Assembly (NCBI GenBank): GCA_034432755.1
Contig: DAOUBQ010000015.1
Location: 26,400-90,399, forward strand
DNA length: 64,000 nt
Source of the DNA: Anaerolineales bacterium
GTDB taxonomy: Bacteria > Chloroflexota > Anaerolineae > Anaerolineales > Villigracilaceae
Direction of reading: 5' to 3'
Made by a program: the position numbers and the translations under genes. The notes below the pieces were generated by a model. That model saw only the letters and a program-made list of their open reading frames with translations. It made no database searches and was not told where the DNA came from. Of the stretch, positions 63,562 through 64,000 are shown piece after piece; within the stretch, counting starts at the first letter, position 1, and the number at the start of each line of letters is the position of its first letter.

Positions 63562-64000
63562 ATGGATTTCGGTCTCAATGAAGAGCAAAGAGTATGGCAA
63601 AAAACCGTTCATGAGTTTGTGGCGGCAGAACTGCAGCCCATGGCGCGCGCAACCGACGAGACAGGGGAATTTAACTGGCCGGCCGTTCGCAAAATGGGAC
63701 CGCTGGGCTTGCTGGGGCTGAACATTCCAGAGGAATATGGCGGCGCAGGGGTAGATGCCATCAGCGCGGTGATTGCCATTGAGGAACTGGGCTGGGCCTG
63801 CGGCTCAACCGCCCTGGCGATTGCCGCCCACAATGGCCTGGGGACGACGCCCATCGTCTTGTATGGCTCTGAAGAATTGAAGCGTAAATGGCTGCCGCTC
63901 GTTGCCAGCGGCAAGGGCAAATTGGGCGCGCTGGCTCTCACCGAACCCGGTGCGGGTTCAGACCTGCAAGGGATTCAGACCAGGGCCGTGAAAGACGGGA
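63562..64000 (+). CDS. acyl-CoA dehydrogenase, truncated by the right window edge
   Basis: My own translation from ATG 63562 behind GGAGGAG: MDFGLNEEQRVWQKTVHEFVAAELQPMARATDETGEFNWPAVRKMGPLGLLGLNIPEEYGGAG...ALTEPGAGSDL. Absent from the ORF track because it is edge-truncated. Confidence 0.9.
   Translation, partial: MDFGLNEEQRVWQKTVHEFVAAELQPMARATDETGEFNWPAVRKMGPLGLLGLNIPEEYGGAGVDAISAVIAIEELGWACGSTALAIAAHNGLGTTPIVLYGSEELKRKWLPLVASGKGKLGALALTEPGAGSDLQGIQTRAVKDG

Overview
64-kb chromosomal window, moderately high GC by eye, densely coded on both strands, with about 60 credible CDS. I saw no rRNA or tRNA gene, CRISPR array, transposase, integrase or phage gene. The gene content suggests a Chloroflexota/Anaerolineae-like monoderm, but this is inference only. 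Main content, in order:
- PDH-type E1alpha/E1beta/E2 operon
- split CoA-transferase pair
- B12-domain protein plus an opine-dehydrogenase-family gene
- glgA and malQ
- SOD and a 7Fe-type ferredoxin
- actinobacterial-style FhaA-FhaB-(MTAP)-RodA::PBP cell-wall cluster
- DUF62 SAM hydrolase plus ECF transporter operon
- M23 peptidase
- compact methyltransferase plus PD-(D/E)xK nuclease pair
- MoxR-DUF58
- OmpR-type regulator and histidine kinase
- Mo-hydroxylase large subunit plus M16 peptidase
- DprE1/DprE2-like pair
- GAF-GGDEF protein, ruvA, proC, crcB-DUF190, ABC-F ATPase and an edge-truncated acyl-CoA dehydrogenase

Five observations deserve follow-up:
1. One 807-aa ORF fuses a SEDS polymerase to a class-B PBP in which SxxK, SxN and KTG all look lost.
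2. Two ~125-nt structured units lie 187-188 nt apart in the gap upstream of the DUF62-ECF operon. They look like paired small RNAs or regulatory elements.
3. At least 15 short tandem arrays with a 7- or 8-nt period are spread across the window. They fill intercistronic gaps, often as inverted half-arrays, and also sit in frame inside several conserved genes, twice supplying the stop codon.
4. A GC-rich palindromic element is embedded in frame in the Mo-hydroxylase gene, and related copies flank a zinc-ribbon gene.
5. The methyltransferase of the candidate R-M pair has a permuted motif order.

All functional calls rest on motifs I recognised by eye. No database search was run.
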